A stretch of DNA of 63,008 nucleotides, counting the filler, from Asterionella formosa (taxonomy: Eukaryota), in the NCBI GenBank assembly GCA_002256025.1. It is 22 parts of 22 records of this genome, joined end to end, with 100 filler letters (N's around TTAATTAATTAA, not from the genome) between each part and the next. Parts side by side here need not be neighbours in the genome. Positions count along the whole stretch, not along the records: positions 37,138 to 38,771 come from NKIB01001675.1; positions 38,872 to 40,504 come from NKIB01001676.1; positions 40,605 to 42,237 come from NKIB01001677.1; positions 42,338 to 43,970 come from NKIB01001678.1; positions 44,071 to 45,702 come from NKIB01001679.1; positions 45,803 to 47,434 come from NKIB01001680.1; positions 47,535 to 49,166 come from NKIB01001682.1; positions 49,267 to 50,897 come from NKIB01001683.1; 14 more parts are not named here. One strand, written 5' to 3'. Positions 37,995-50,997 of this stretch are shown piece by piece. Numbering within the stretch: the stretch's first letter is position 1; each line of letters begins with the position of its first letter. The notes under the pieces were generated by a model, which was given only the letters and a program-made list of their open reading frames with translations, was not told where the DNA came from and made no database searches. The position numbers and the translations under genes were made by a program.

Positions 37995-38771
37995 ATGTCT
38001 GGCAATATTCCTGATCCTCTCCCATATTCCATGACCATTGACAAACCTATTATGGGAGGACTCACCATTTGTCCAACCGAAATTGTTGCATGGACTGGAG
38101 GTCAACCTAACATAGAATGGACTGGGTTGACCAACGTCAAAGCAATCAAGCGTTCTCCCAACTGCTCTCGTCCAACTAAGTCCAGTGATCAGTCAAGGAA
38201 CTGGAACTACCACATGGCTCCAACTCTCATTCTGTTTAAAAAGGATGGCAAGGACCTAGACCTATACTCCTATGGTGTTAAGGTTTTGGCACATCTTGAA
38301 CTCACAGGTATGGACTCCATCATGTATGTCAAGAGTCTCAGTGATGGCACCAATATGGTCAATGTCATCAAGGACTTTGAGCAGGTCACCCTTTTCCATG
38401 TCCTTGACGAATCTGAGTACTACAAGAACAAATTTGATTCATATGACCAGGACAATGACACAACTGCTTGCTTGTATCTTGAATCCACACTTGATCCCTC
38501 ACTCCTCAAGGAACTTGACCTCCATCAGGAACCAGGTGACTCTGCTGCCGTTACCTGGATGCGCATCCTTCGCCTGGTTAGCAGTGGATCTGTTGAGCGA
38601 TTCAACCGAAAGAAAGATGAACTCAAGCAGCTGTCTCCAATTAAGGAACCTGGTGAAAGTGTCTCACTTTATGCCAACAAGATCCGCAGAATTTGCCGTG
38701 AACTTGAAAATGCCCATCAGTTTGAATGGGTGTTAGTGTTGGCAATCATTAAGGCACTCTGTCAGGTTTCA
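37995..38771 (+). mobile_element. Copia-type (CoDi-like) gag N-terminus, intact, cut by contig end
   Basis: IMGGL...VAWTGGQPNIEWTGL, HLELTGMDSIMYV and PGESVSLY motifs. Preceded by the PBS and an LTR-like region. Confidence 0.75.
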
Positions 38772-40619
38772 NNNNNNNNNNNNNNNNNNNNNNNNNNNNN
38801 NNNNNNNNNNNNNNNTTAATTAATTAANNNNNNNNNNNNNNNNNNNNNNNNNNNNNNNNNNNNNNNNNNNNACATAGAAGTTGTATCACAGCCATGCATA
38901 TCCCAATATTTTCTATATATACCTGCACTTGGTTTCCTGGGCCTGCCTGCTTGTGTATGTAGGAGATTACCGTATATACTGTGTATACTGAACAGACATA
39001 TTTTCTGCATAAATATATCATATTCTAGATTACATACAGAAATCAAGCAATCGTTGACCTTTGCGTACGCGCACCCCGGTCAAATTGAGATTATTGTTCC
39101 GTTGCTTACTTTTGATCAGTGGGGAAATGTGCATGTGCGTTGATGTTGGCGTTGAACTTGGTTATAGATTTGACATCAGTGTATATAAATATAGCGGGGA
39201 GTATCCATTTCTTTGCGTTCTTGATCCTGCCAGGCCTTCCGACTCAGGGCTGGTAAACTGCCGGCACGTATGTTTAGTTATCTTGACATGTACTCCGAGT
39301 GCCGCCTGTGTTAATAGCATACCAGGTACTTGGCATTATTGGGGGGGGGTCAGCTCTCAACTGCTAATTGTCGCCAGCCCGACGATTCCAACGGTTGTCA
39401 TGTGCAATTGGTACGTGCGTGCGGTATACATAACGTCACGTATGTTCATGGCAGTATTACTGTAGCATGGCCATTACCGGTAGGTGGAAATATAGTACCT
39501 GGTACCTGGTACCTGGTACCAAAGGAAGGTCTGGTAAAACACGTTTACTTATGAAAAGATATAGCTACATAACTCGATTAGCGGACCTTCCTCAGGTACA
39601 TACCGGTAGTTGTGTCTGACCATGTATACACCGGTACACGGTCTGTATGGAAACTGTACATAGTCTACCAAGTATTCCGGGGTCTGGTACTGGTACCACG
39701 TACCTAAGATAGTTCTGGTACCAGGTACCACTTCATTGGCAGAAAATTCAGAAAATCTACCGGTATGCCCTCAAGTTCTAGTCGTATGTTAACGGTACCG
39801 GTAGTCAGCAAATTCTATTCGTAGTTAGCAAGTTCTAGTCGTTGTCAGAAGTTCTAAATGTAGAATGATTCCTATTATTATTTTCCGAAGCAAGAAAACG
39901 GATAACTGAACAAGCAGCAAATCCGAATCGTGTTCAGAGGTTGATTCAGCAAATCATCACAAGTCAAATAAACAGCAAATCATCACAAGTCAAATAAGAG
40001 TAACGTGTCCTAATTTCTTAATAACAAAAATGATTTTCATCGAAAGGCTGGCCTATCTCGTCCGGCAGACATGGGACGAATCATGGGGAGTGAATGGTAA
40101 CTGAAATGCGCGCAACCGTCCTTCCTGGTAAATTGCTTGGTGTTTATCATGCATGAGCATGATACCTTCATGTACGAGCATTGGTGATATGTATCTAAAT
40201 AATAACAAAATTGATGTCTTCGACAATCATCATGCTGCTCGGCCGGGAGTATCTCATGGTCGACCGGGGTGCCAGGGTATGCATAAAAAGAATGGGGTGG
40301 AACACCTTCTTATTGAACTCCACTTATATCAGATAGGTTGTACCACGCCCGGAGTTTTGTAGCAACCTCGTTCTGTGCTACCTGTGCTACCTTGTATACA
40401 AATACAATGACATTTGTTCTGTCTGGATGTTGTTTGTTCTGCTGCACTGCTTCTTTGTTGCACGATGTATGCGCTGCTGTTTCATATTCTTGCCTTATTT
40501 TTTTNNNNNNNNNNNNNNNNNNNNNNNNNNNNNNNNNNNNNNNNNNNNTTAATTAATTAANNNNNNNNNNNNNNNNNNNNNNNNNNNNNNNNNNNNNNNN
40601 NNNNTAGAGTGTACTTGTT

Positions 40620-40815
40620 GTGATTGGCTGGAGAATCCTGCATCATGTCATCTCAAGCCTTGACCATATCGAAAATAGCGGGAATCTCTACGAAAATTGA
40701 GAACGACGCTTTCATATTTGATACATGTATCAAACATAACATAGAAAATTCAATCGTAAAAGAATAATTGTAATAACACTAATATTGACACGGAAATTTG
40801 AATTCGCCAATGGCG
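40620..40815 (+). repeat. Dispersed repeat family C, also present inverted at about 47685-47880
   Basis: Shared blocks AATCCT-CATCATGTC, GCCTTGACCAT, AATTGTAATAA-ACTAATATTGA and TCGCC-ATGGC. Confidence 0.7.
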
Positions 40816-40999
40816 TCTTTTCTGATGTAACAAATTTAGAAATGCAAAATTGAAGATGATGATGTTTCTGAAGGATTTGACACTTTCACAGTAGCTTGAC
40901 AACAAATATGACAAAGAATAAACTTATAACATGATCAGTTGAAGCAAAAGATGTGAAGAAAGTAAGTTGTTATCACCAATTGAGAAATGATTGATTATG

Positions 41000-42237
41000 T
41001 AGGCAATATGGAATTGGTAGTTGTGGATGCAGGTATCTGCACCAACAAATGTGAATGTCAAAAACTATTGCCTTAATCTGCTGCAGCCCCTTCAAGGTGC
41101 AGATTCTCATCATCAAGACAATGGCCATGCTATAACCAGGACTTAAAGGGCGGGCTGAGTGCAAGAATGACAACATATGAGCACCCTGGTCATTTGTTAG
41201 CTACTAGTAGTACATCATTTCTGATGAAATCCAAATCAGCAGAATTTACTACCATAGTGAAATCTGCTGAATCGACGCAATTTACCGCTGAAAGAGGTGG
41301 AAGTTGTCTCTCTCCAGCTAAGAATGCCCTTTTGGAAGTCTTTTTCTGTGATATACAAATCAATTTTGTTGCTAGCTATCTCTCATGCTTTGCGGAATAG
41401 CCATCATAGCTAGCAACTCCAAACTTGGTGACTCTGGGATGACACTCTTTGCCAACATTTCTCAAAGAGTGTTCTTTGAAGGATTTGGTTTGCTGCTGAG
41501 GATGATACCCTATTGAACCCCAGATTGATTGCATAATACCATGTCCAAATTGGGAAGCTGAGGCCCTAGCTAGCTATGCATGGTATTGAGCATGGCAATG
41601 ATTTAACACTGCAGTTTCCAGCTTTCTGGGTTGAATTCAGTTAACCACAAAATAGTTTGTCCTTGGTCATCATTCACTGGTACTAGCACGCACTTTGGCG
41701 AGGAGGGGACCCCCTGTGCTAGGCTTGAAGACTTGTTTTAGTCGTCTAAATCTTGCCTACCTTGCTTCTTACTAGTAGTGCTTTCGGCATTCAAGATTGT
41801 CTGCAGTTTAGTTCATTTCTTTTTACTTTCCTTTGATCCTCTATGACTCGCACACACTACCATGTCTGATGGAATTCCTTTTGTCTCATCATACTGAGGG
41901 AATCACGCTGTGCAGGAGCTCTTAATTTCGCTTTCAATCTTTTCACCTGGATGAGTAATTCCGCCAGAGATAATGCTTCTTGTTCCAGGTTGGTAATTTC
42001 TGCTATGTGATGAAGGTTTTTCAAATTTCTCGGTGAGAATCCTGGATATCCTCTGTGGAGTTTCTGACACTGTTTCCAGCATTGGAAACCATGTAGCTAG
42101 TAACTCCTTGGATCATGAATATTTCCCCAGCCAGTGAACGTTTTACTTCCTTCTCGCTCATTTTCATTGCTCTTCTGATGTTGGCATCGAGTTCCTCCAA
42201 TCTCTTTTGCAGTGTTTCTTCAGGAACTCCTTTGGTT
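41000..42237 (-). pseudogene. Very decayed LINE RT relic (RTE/CR1-like)
   Basis: Faint remnants of the RGISLLS, VIPESQ and DLYI-x-F-x-DF-x-KAF motif series at about 41510-41320. No long ORF. Confidence 0.35.
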
Positions 42238-42337
42238 NNNNNNNNNNNNNNNNNNNNNNNNNNNNNNNNNNNNNNNNNNNNTTAATTAATTAANNNNNNN
42301 NNNNNNNNNNNNNNNNNNNNNNNNNNNNNNNNNNNNN

Positions 42338-42926
42338 GCCAGTCTTTTTTCAGTAAACGGACAATTAAGGAAATAGTGGAGTCCTTCTTGCCATTCCTGT
42401 ACCCTGACACTTTAAATCTCACGCAAATTTTTCGAAGTACCTTGACAGATATATGTTTTATGTCAATTCCTTTTATATGAATCAATCCCAGCCCACTTTC
42501 ATCCAGAATAAAGTCATCTGGTACTATGAGCGAGTTGACGAACTCATCAATATTGGCTAGACAATCGGGAAAGGGTTTCCTCTTTTCAGGGGGACCCATC
42601 TCGTTAATGTCAAGAAGTGTACCAGCAGTTGCAGGTACACTATTTTCGGATGGATCCATCTTTTCAACGTCGAGTGTACCAGCAGTTTGAGGTATTTTCA
42701 TTTCAGGTGGAGTACCCATCTCGTCAACGTCGAGTGTGTCAGCAGTTGGAGGTATTTTCATTTCAGGTGGAGGACCCATCTCGTCAATGTCGGTTGGATC
42801 AGCAGTAGATAACTCAACAATATCTTCGACGTCCTCATCAGCTACAACGCATTGCTTCTCTTCCGAATCAATGCCAATAGAGGCAGCATCAGAAGTTTCA
42901 GCCGCACCCACTACTTTGCTGCTCAT
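42338..42926 (-). CDS. Acidic-repeat protein with basic helical (SAP/HeH-like) segment; probable DNA-transposon accessory gene, 3' cut
   Basis: Four copies of D(I/V)DEMG-PPEMKIP-TA-TL-like repeats, then IKGIDIKHISVKVLRKICVRFKVSGYRNGKKDSTISLI. Confidence 0.6.
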
Positions 42927-43481
42927 TGCGCCAATTAATCGAGATATAGTCGATGTTGGAAGATTGGTATAGAGATGAGCGGACTACTGATTCTTGTTTG
43001 ACTCACGAAGCTGAAAGGTAATGTATACAGAGTACCGTATATACATAACAAAAAATAGTTGGCGCAATATTTAATAGTGTTGTGCTTGCGTACTTACAGT
43101 TATCTTATCAGTGGCAACGGACGTGAGACACAGTGATCAACGGCTGTATCAGTGATACAGCATTGGTCAAGGGTCCAAAAACTGTATCAGTGATACACCC
43201 ATGATACACCGGTGATCAGACCAAAAAAACCGTTGGTGATACACAAAAAAAACCAAACCGCCATTTTTGTATCATATTTCGGCGATGATACACCAATGAC
43301 AACCAATAACAGAATGATAAGAACGGCCCTGATACAGTATCATTCTGTTATTTGTTGTCATTGGTGACTACGGTACTCTGTATGCATTACCTTTCAGCTT
43401 CGTGAGTCATACAAGAATCAGTAGTCCGCTCATCTCTATACCAATCTTCCAACATCGACTATATCTCGATTAATTGGCGCA

Positions 43482-43970
43482 ATGAGCAGCAAAGTAGTGG
43501 GTACGGCTGAAACTTCTGATGCTGCCTCTATTGGCATTGATTCGGAAGAGAAGCAATGCGTTGTAGCTGATGAGGACGTCGAAGATATTGTTGAGTTATC
43601 TACTGCTGATCCAACCGACATTGACGAGATGGTTCCTCCACCTTAAATGAAAATACCTCCAACTGCTGACACACTTGACATTGACGAGATGGATCCATCC
43701 GAAAATGTCGTACCTGCAACTACTACTGGTACACTTCTTGACATTAACGAGATTGGTCCCCCTGAAAAGATTTCCCGGTTGGCTAGCCAATATTGATGAG
43801 TTCGTCAACTCGCTCATAGTACCAGATGACTTTATTCTGGATGAAAGTGGGCTGGGATTGATTCATATAAAAGGAATCGACATAAAACATATATCTGTCA
43901 AGGTACTTCGAAAAATTTGCGTGAGATTTAAAGTGTCAGGGTACAGCAATGGCAAGAAGGACTCCACTAT
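43482..43970 (+). pseudogene. Inverted paralog of 42338-42926 with premature stop and fewer repeats
   Basis: ATGAGCAGCAAAGTAGTG start, TAA at about 43644-43646 replacing a GAA codon, and internal deletions. Confidence 0.85.
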
Positions 43971-44072
43971 NNNNNNNNNNNNNNNNNNNNNNNNNNNNNN
44001 NNNNNNNNNNNNNNTTAATTAATTAANNNNNNNNNNNNNNNNNNNNNNNNNNNNNNNNNNNNNNNNNNNNTG

Positions 44073-44381
44073 AGTCGATTTCGTCCCAATATTGTGATCA
44101 AAGGATCACAGCCCTTTGAAGAGGACACATGGAAATTAATTCAAATCGGAGATACCATCTTGCATCTAGTTAAGGAATGTCCAAGGTGTAAACAATCATG
44201 TACAGATCAAGAGACTGGCAAAGTATCAGATGAACCAGTAGCAACATTGGGAGAATTTAGGGCTTTGGGTAAAGTACCGGGAGATGTTTATTTTGCTCAA
44301 AATGCCGTTATTTACGGAAAATCAGTGTCAGTGGGGACACCTGTCAAAGTGATAAAACGGGGAGATCCAGTTTGGGAGTAA
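44073..44381 (+). CDS. MOSC-domain (mARC/YcbX-like) protein C-terminus
   Basis: RFRPNIVIKG, PFEEDTW, CPRCKQSCTDQETG and EPVATLGEFR. Confidence 0.9.
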   Translation, partial: SRFRPNIVIKGSQPFEEDTWKLIQIGDTILHLVKECPRCKQSCTDQETGKVSDEPVATLGEFRALGKVPGDVYFAQNAVIYGKSVSVGTPVKVIKRGDPVWE

Positions 44382-44704
44382 TAGTAGCATGTACTATTAT
44401 CTTAACGCTTCCATCTTGTTTGGACATCCACTGGCAACTTTGCACCAAGGACTTGGTTGAGGATATGGCAAGTTTCCAATGTCTTAAAAGAAATGGCATG
44501 TCGTTTTTGCAGTCCATCACGAAATGTGCTAATATGTAATATTACCGGAACTCGGACGAATTCAGGAATTGGTTCCTTGCATTCCTCCAGACTAGCTATA
44601 CGGTTAGAATATGCACAGGACAACATCGTGGTGACATTGTGAATGAATATTTTACTTTCTTCCTGTTACAATAGCATCCCTGCATACATATTTTTGTTGT
44701 TTTT

Positions 44705-45702
44705 CTAAGCAGCGTGAGCACCAATTGTATCAAGTGTCACTTCCCGAGACCTTCGGTCGCCGTCGGGAAACTTGGATCGGTATGATTTCTTGATCAACTG
44801 AGAAGCATGATTAGACAGTCTCCTGGTTCCATCAGCATCACGTGTACTTGGCCTTGTCCGACTGGGCTTGGTGTTGTCTGATCTTGGATTGTGAATGTTA
44901 CTGGTCTTTGGATCATCACTTACTACCCTGGAAAAGGAAAGCGTCTCTGGGTCTAGAGTACTCTTTAAGCTCTCCACGGATTCCAATGGATGTGGGCTCT
45001 CAGATGATTCTTCTCCTGCGCGTTCATAGGGGTCGCACCTGCTGTGCTGAATGGGTACATAGTCACATGATTTGCGGCGCGTCCCCTTTTGATGGTGAAC
45101 GTCTTGAGACTTATCCAAGTACCTAATGGGACTCTCGCACGATCGTCCTCGTCGTCTGAACTCCTCCGTCAAAGTTTCGCTTGCCCTCCCTCTTTTATCC
45201 AATTCATTTCTAGACGCCCGCCGGATACGTTCGGTCTTGCCCGAATGGCGACGGCTGTTGAGGTTCGATTGGCTTGATGATTGAGAATCACGCGATAAAC
45301 TTGATTTTCGTGAAGAAAGCGATTCCACAGATCGAATCGATCTATTTTTCTGAAAGCTATCCATTCGTGATCTGACAGTCTTGATCTGCTTTCTTCCTTC
45401 GTATTTTTCTCGCAGTTTGTCAATTTCCACACGAAGATCCTGAATGGTCTGACCTTGTATCACAACTGTACTTTCCAGAGTCTCGATGGCTGCGTCGCGT
45501 TGTCGCAACTTCAACTTGATTTCTTCTGCCATTGCGAGATTTTCATCTTGCAAGAATTCCAACTGTCTCATGAGATCCTGTTCGATGCTGGTTTGGATTG
45601 CACTTGGTCTCCTTCCCCAGCGACGCGTACCTCCCAGATTCTTGAGGGAATCGGACAAGGAGGATCTCCACTTGTTCTGAGCGCTACTAGGATCATCCTG
45701 AC
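44705..45702 (-). CDS. C-terminal part of an unknown coiled-coil plus Ser/Arg-rich protein
   Basis: At least 317 open codons reaching the contig end, with heptad pattern LEFLQDENLAMAEEIKLKLRQRDAAIETLE. Confidence 0.7.
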
Positions 45703-45802
45703 NNNNNNNNNNNNNNNNNNNNNNNNNNNNNNNNNNNNNNNNNNNNTTAATTAATTAANNNNNNNNNNNNNNNNNNNNNNNNNNNNNNNNNNNNNNNNNN
45801 NN

Positions 45803-47434
45803 GCCAACCCTGAAAACAACCAAATGCGCATTGAGTTTGGGACCTACGTCCAAGTTTTTGAAGACAACGACCCATCCAACACCCTTCAAGCACGTTCCCT
45901 CGGGGCAATTGCCCTCAACCCCACTGGCAATGCCCAAGGTGACTACTACTTCATGTCTCTCGCAACCGGCAAAAAGATTTCCCGACATAATTGGACGGAG
46001 TTGCCCATGACGGACACCGCCATTGCCCGCGTGGAGGCGCTCGCGGCACACGAGGGGCAGCCCCCCATCCAGGCCAGAGGCCTAGTTGTAGAATGGCGCG
46101 CCGATCACCACATTGACAACGACGAATACGACCGGGACTACGAGCCTGCCGCACGCCAACCTATTGACGATTTTAACCCCGCGGACTTTGATGCCATCGA
46201 TGATCACGAAGTTGCCGATCTGCTCCATGATGGGCCACACCCTACGGTTTTGGACGATGCACCGCTAGTCGAGCCGAACCCAGGAGACCCAAACACAAAC
46301 ACGATCGACATTGATGACGTCGCGCTTGTCTACGATGACTACATACAACAAGAACACAACGAAAACCAAGGAGCGCACTTGGAACACGGGGCGCCTATCG
46401 ACGAAAACCAAGGAGCGCCTATGGAAGAAGAGACAGCGATCATTGAAGAAGCCAATCAAGAAGCGGGTTCTGACAACGACCACGAGGTGGCAGATCAAGG
46501 AGCGTTGGCGGAAGAGGAACACAGACCATATAATCTCCGACAACGCCGGGCAGCCATAAGTGAACAGTTCAAGCAGGCCATTGATGCACCGCATAGCAAC
46601 AAGTCATACTTTCCACCAAGACAGTTCGTACAACGCGGATTTCGAACAACGATGCCATACGCAGACGACAACACAAGTAAACATATTTTTGGGTATGTAA
46701 TGAACCAGATGACCGCGAAGGCGGGAATAAAGAAACACGGGAAAGCGGCGGAGGCCGCCCTGATGAAAGAATTTGCACAACTAGAGGAGCTGGATGTGTA
46801 CGAACCCGTAAGTGCGCACTCCCTTACCAGGGAACAGAGGACGGGAGCGCTCCGAGCCATCAATCTCATCAAAGAGAAGAGAGACGGGCGCCTCAAGGGG
46901 CGTACAGTAGCCGACGGGAGACCGCAGCGATCACTTTATGACAAGTCGCAGACGGCATCTCCAACAGTATCCACCGATGCACTCATGTTGTCCATCATGA
47001 TTGATGCACATGAAGGAAGAGATGTCGCCACAGCAGATGTGGCGGGTGCGTATTTGAAAGCAGATATGGATGATTTTGTTGTCATGAAATTCACTGGTGA
47101 ATCAGTCGATATATTATGCAACATGAACCCAGAGCACACGAATTTTGTGTCCAACGAGAAAGGAAACAAGGTGTTGTACGTCAGGCTAGTGAAAGCGATC
47201 TATGGGTGCGTCAAATCTGCCCTACTATGGTATGATTTATTCCACAACACCCTAAAAGAGATGGGTTTTGTGTTAAACCCTTACGACTCTTGCATTGCTA
47301 ACTGCAAAATCAACGGGAAGCAGTGCACGATTGCGTGGTATGTAGACGACAACAAGATTTCGCATGTGGACCCGGACGTCATGACATCAATTATCGAAAA
47401 AATCGAGGGGCGTTTTGACAAAATGACTGTCACC
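45803..47434 (+). mobile_element. Copia-type (CoDi-like) pol fragment: integrase C-terminus, linker and RT, intact frame
   Basis: FGTYVQVFED, PTGNAQG, IKEKRDGRLKGRTVADG, SPTVS, ADVAGAYL, KAIYGCVKSALLWY, NPYDSC and WYVDD. Confidence 0.95.
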
Positions 47435-48542
47435 NNNNNNNNNNNNNNNNNNNNNNNNNNNNNNNNNNNNNNNNNNNNTTAATTAATTAANNNNNNNNNN
47501 NNNNNNNNNNNNNNNNNNNNNNNNNNNNNNNNNNTAATAGACAGAATCAATCAAAAAAAATTTTGGCTCGACCTACAGATTGCCATAGTATAGCATGTTG
47601 CATACCACTGTGAAAGTGTGAAATCTCGTCATAACTTCGTCGTTTTGAATTGTGCATCATCTAAACTGCAATGTGAAGAAATGTGCCATCGGCGACTTCA
47701 ATTTTCGTTTTCAATATTAGTATTATTACAATTTTATTCTTTACCATTGTATTAACTCTGTCATGTTAGATATATGGACCCAATAAATAGCAAAGCATCA
47801 TTGACATTTTTCATGGAAAAACTTTTTTCATAATGGTCAAGGCAAAGACGACATGATGTAGGATTTTCCAGTCGCTCACAAGAACAACTCCTATGGCACT
47901 CTAGCATTTAATTTATAGAAACAAGCAAATCACAACATCTAAGCTAAATAATTCTATTCTAGTGTCTGCAAAGGCTACATCGGGTAAATAAAGTACCGGT
48001 AGATTGAAGTTGCTGAAACTAAAATAGTCCTTAAATAGTTTTACTTAAAATACCAGTTCCATAAATAAGATTTTATCAATTTACTTGGAACAATCGAATT
48101 TTCTCTAGATTTTCATCTGCCAGTGGCAAGCATTAAAAGCTTCAAACTTTTATTTCTTACTGGCTGTCAAATCAGGAAGTATCTGTCAGTCCTGAGCATT
48201 GATATTACCTACTCCAGTACATTAATTACCACAACTTGTGTTGTAGGGACAAACTATGATTGGAAGTGGCATCAATTCTTCAAGTTGACAAATCCACTTC
48301 CCACATGACTTAAAGTTGCACACCAGCTCCTCATACATGTACAATGTCAATAATTCAACTATACAGCTGAAGCATGGGGAACAAAATAAGCACCACCAAA
48401 GGTCAAGCTAGACTAAATTACATAGTCCAGTCAGTCTGGAGCCTGGAAGAATCTCCATGTATCTTTTGCCACAAATATCCATCATTTGTGCCAACCTCAA
48501 TCATTAACCCTCTAGAAGCTGATATTTCTTTTCTAGATCAAT

Positions 48543-49091
48543 TTACTCTTCAGAAGTTAAGAATGGATTAGAAATCTCCTCCATTCCAGCCTTTGGATTC
48601 ACTAATGAGACTTGAGTGCCTCGAATCACAACTAAGCCCAGTTTTCGGGTATTGTCGGTAATTCTTTCCATGTCAAAAGGATCTGGATGAGAGGAGAAGT
48701 TCGAGAAAATTTATTTGAGCAACGCAAGGTAACATTACAATAGCGAAGTAAACAACATTTCCATTTGGAATCCCTTGATTTGTCAAGGTGGACTTCATGT
48801 CGGCATTCCAATGTGAGTCCCCGTACCCCCCTCCCCTCTAATAAGCACGACACCTCCATGATTTGATCACGCACCTCGCAAATACTCGTCCGTGTCATCT
48901 AATACAAGATTGACGAGATCATCATATCCCTTGAGGACTCCCTCTAACTCTCGACCTCCGATACACTTGACTCGAACCACTTGATCCATCATTTTGCCCA
49001 ATTCCAATATGGATTGCTGTTTTGGATTAGAATTTCCTCTTCCTCCTCTGCCTCTACCAGAATCAATAACTCGTCCTGAATTGTTCGACAT
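48543..49091 (-). CDS. LSM7: U6 snRNA-associated Sm-like protein LSm7; join(complement 49091..48875, 48682..48543), 118 aa
   Basis: SILELGKMMDQVVRVKCIGGRELEGVLKGYDDLVNLVLDDTDEYLR|DPFDMERITDNTRKLGLVVIRGTQVSLVNP...EEISNPF. Intron GTGCGT...CAG at 48874-48683; total 357 nt. Confidence 0.95.
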
Positions 49092-50252
49092 GGTGACAAC
49101 GGCAAAAAGACGATTTTAAAATAGAAGAAGCGACGGTTGATGGTGCTGCGGTGGTGTTTTTTAGAANNNNNNNNNNNNNNNNNNNNNNNNNNNNNNNNNN
49201 NNNNNNNNNNTTAATTAATTAANNNNNNNNNNNNNNNNNNNNNNNNNNNNNNNNNNNNNNNNNNNNTACCATCTCGGCTGTCGTCAGAAGGATATGAGCG
49301 AGATCGGCTATGCTTCCTCTAGTCGTCGTTCATATTCATTTTTGGATCACCTCTCACCTCATCATCAGAAGTACGGATGCGAGTCGTTTTCTTCGTGTCG
49401 CTCTTATTGATTGCGTTTTTCTTAATTTACCGACTATACTCGGATTCACTTGAGTCAGAAGAGTAACTATCTCCATGCCCCTTTCGCCTCTTACTAAGGC
49501 TCCTTCGGCTCGACGAAGAATCACTGTCACACTACCGGCATCTGACGAGCTCGAAGATGGGAAGTTCATAACATACAGACAGACAACTCCATGGTCCATG
49601 GTATCGAATCGGTGTACAGCAAGTGCGCGAATGGCTTGGCGACATTTTCGCAACTTGTGTGTTTCAAGTGTATGGGGATACCGGTAGTCATATATTGATT
49701 CTCAAAAGCTTCCATAAGCAAACGAGTTTTTCCATTGATCGTGAAGGGGACAGAATCGAGCACTGATCAGTCCATAATATACATATATATCGAAGGAAAT
49801 CTCGTTCGTGAGAAGTACATTCAATAATCATGTTGATGAGTTCACTTTCCAAAATCTCTGTCTGGATTTTCGTCCAATTTTTCGTTCTCTTCGTAATCGT
49901 CGTCGAGACGAAAAACATCCAAATGGTCGTCCTTTGAAACATCATCATCATCCAAGCTCAATTCAAATATGTAATTGAATCATCTCTTTCTACCAAGTCA
50001 AGTGTTTCCGGGAAAGGAGGATGGTCCCAAAAACCATTTTTGCGCATCGTCAAGAGGTTTATGCTCAGTCGTGTACCGGCATTCTATCAATTGTTTGAAA
50101 TTCCCTGCGTGCAGACGTTCTTAGGAGTTCCAGAACAGCTACCGGTACATCGGACACCGGATCTTGGTGCTGAGCGAGGCAGGAGGAAAAACGGAGTGGT
50201 GTCTGCCTCACTCATCTTGAGGATATGAGGGGGTGAGTACCAGGGTACCTCT

Positions 50253-50463
50253 GGTAGCGGTAAAAAACTGCCATGACCCATTGAGAATATTTTTGGACCG
50301 CCGTGACCCATTGCTCGGAGAATAACACGTTTTGCAATCAAAAGTTAAATACAGGTAAATATTAATTTTGAGAGTTGTGGCTCCTTCCCAGGCATATATA
50401 TTAGTCGGAGGAGTCAAACAAACACCCTAACACAATGGGTCATGGGAGTTTTTCACTGGCACC
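50253..50463. mobile_element. MITE-like element with about 31-bp imperfect inverted ends
   Basis: AAAAACTGCCATGACCCATTG (50263-50283) versus CAATGGGTCATGGGAGTTTTT (50433-50453). No TSD resolved. Confidence 0.55.
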
Positions 50464-50810
50464 CCCCACCTAGTACAATGGTACCAGGTACCCTGGTACC
50501 TTTACGTAGATGTGCCGAACTCCTTTTGTTACCAGGGTACTGGTACCGACGCTCATTTAGCTACCGGTACCTACTGTAGGTACCGATAAGTGAAAATGCT
50601 GGAACAGAAACGTCAAAAGGTGAGACTCTAGCGCGCTCCGGGTTTCGACATGACTAATGTCCCAAAAAAATATACGATGGGTGAATGAATTTCCTCACAA
50701 CTTTAGAATTAACCTCGCTCAGCAATATCACATTATTCAAAAAAAACAATTCTTTCACGGGAGCCTTCGAAAACATGCAACCATTTCTCATTAGAGCATT
50801 CGAAATCGAA

Positions 50811-50885
50811 ATCGAAGATAGATGTTTCGACATCGGATCGTTCTTGCTCGAAGATAGATGTTTCAACATCGGTTCGTTCTTGCTC
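50811..50885. repeat. Short tandem repeat (two copies of about 37 bp)
   Basis: TCGAAGATAGATGTTTC(G/A)ACATCGG(A/T)TCGTTCTTGC twice. Confidence 0.9.
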
Positions 50886-50997
50886 TACGTTTTCTTCNNN
50901 NNNNNNNNNNNNNNNNNNNNNNNNNNNNNNNNNNNNNNNNNTTAATTAATTAANNNNNNNNNNNNNNNNNNNNNNNNNNNNNNNNNNNNNNNNNNNN

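Noticed and set aside
49267..50230. Protein-coding gene on the minus strand
   Set aside because: Only short broken frames with no motif; possibly a relic but not assignable.
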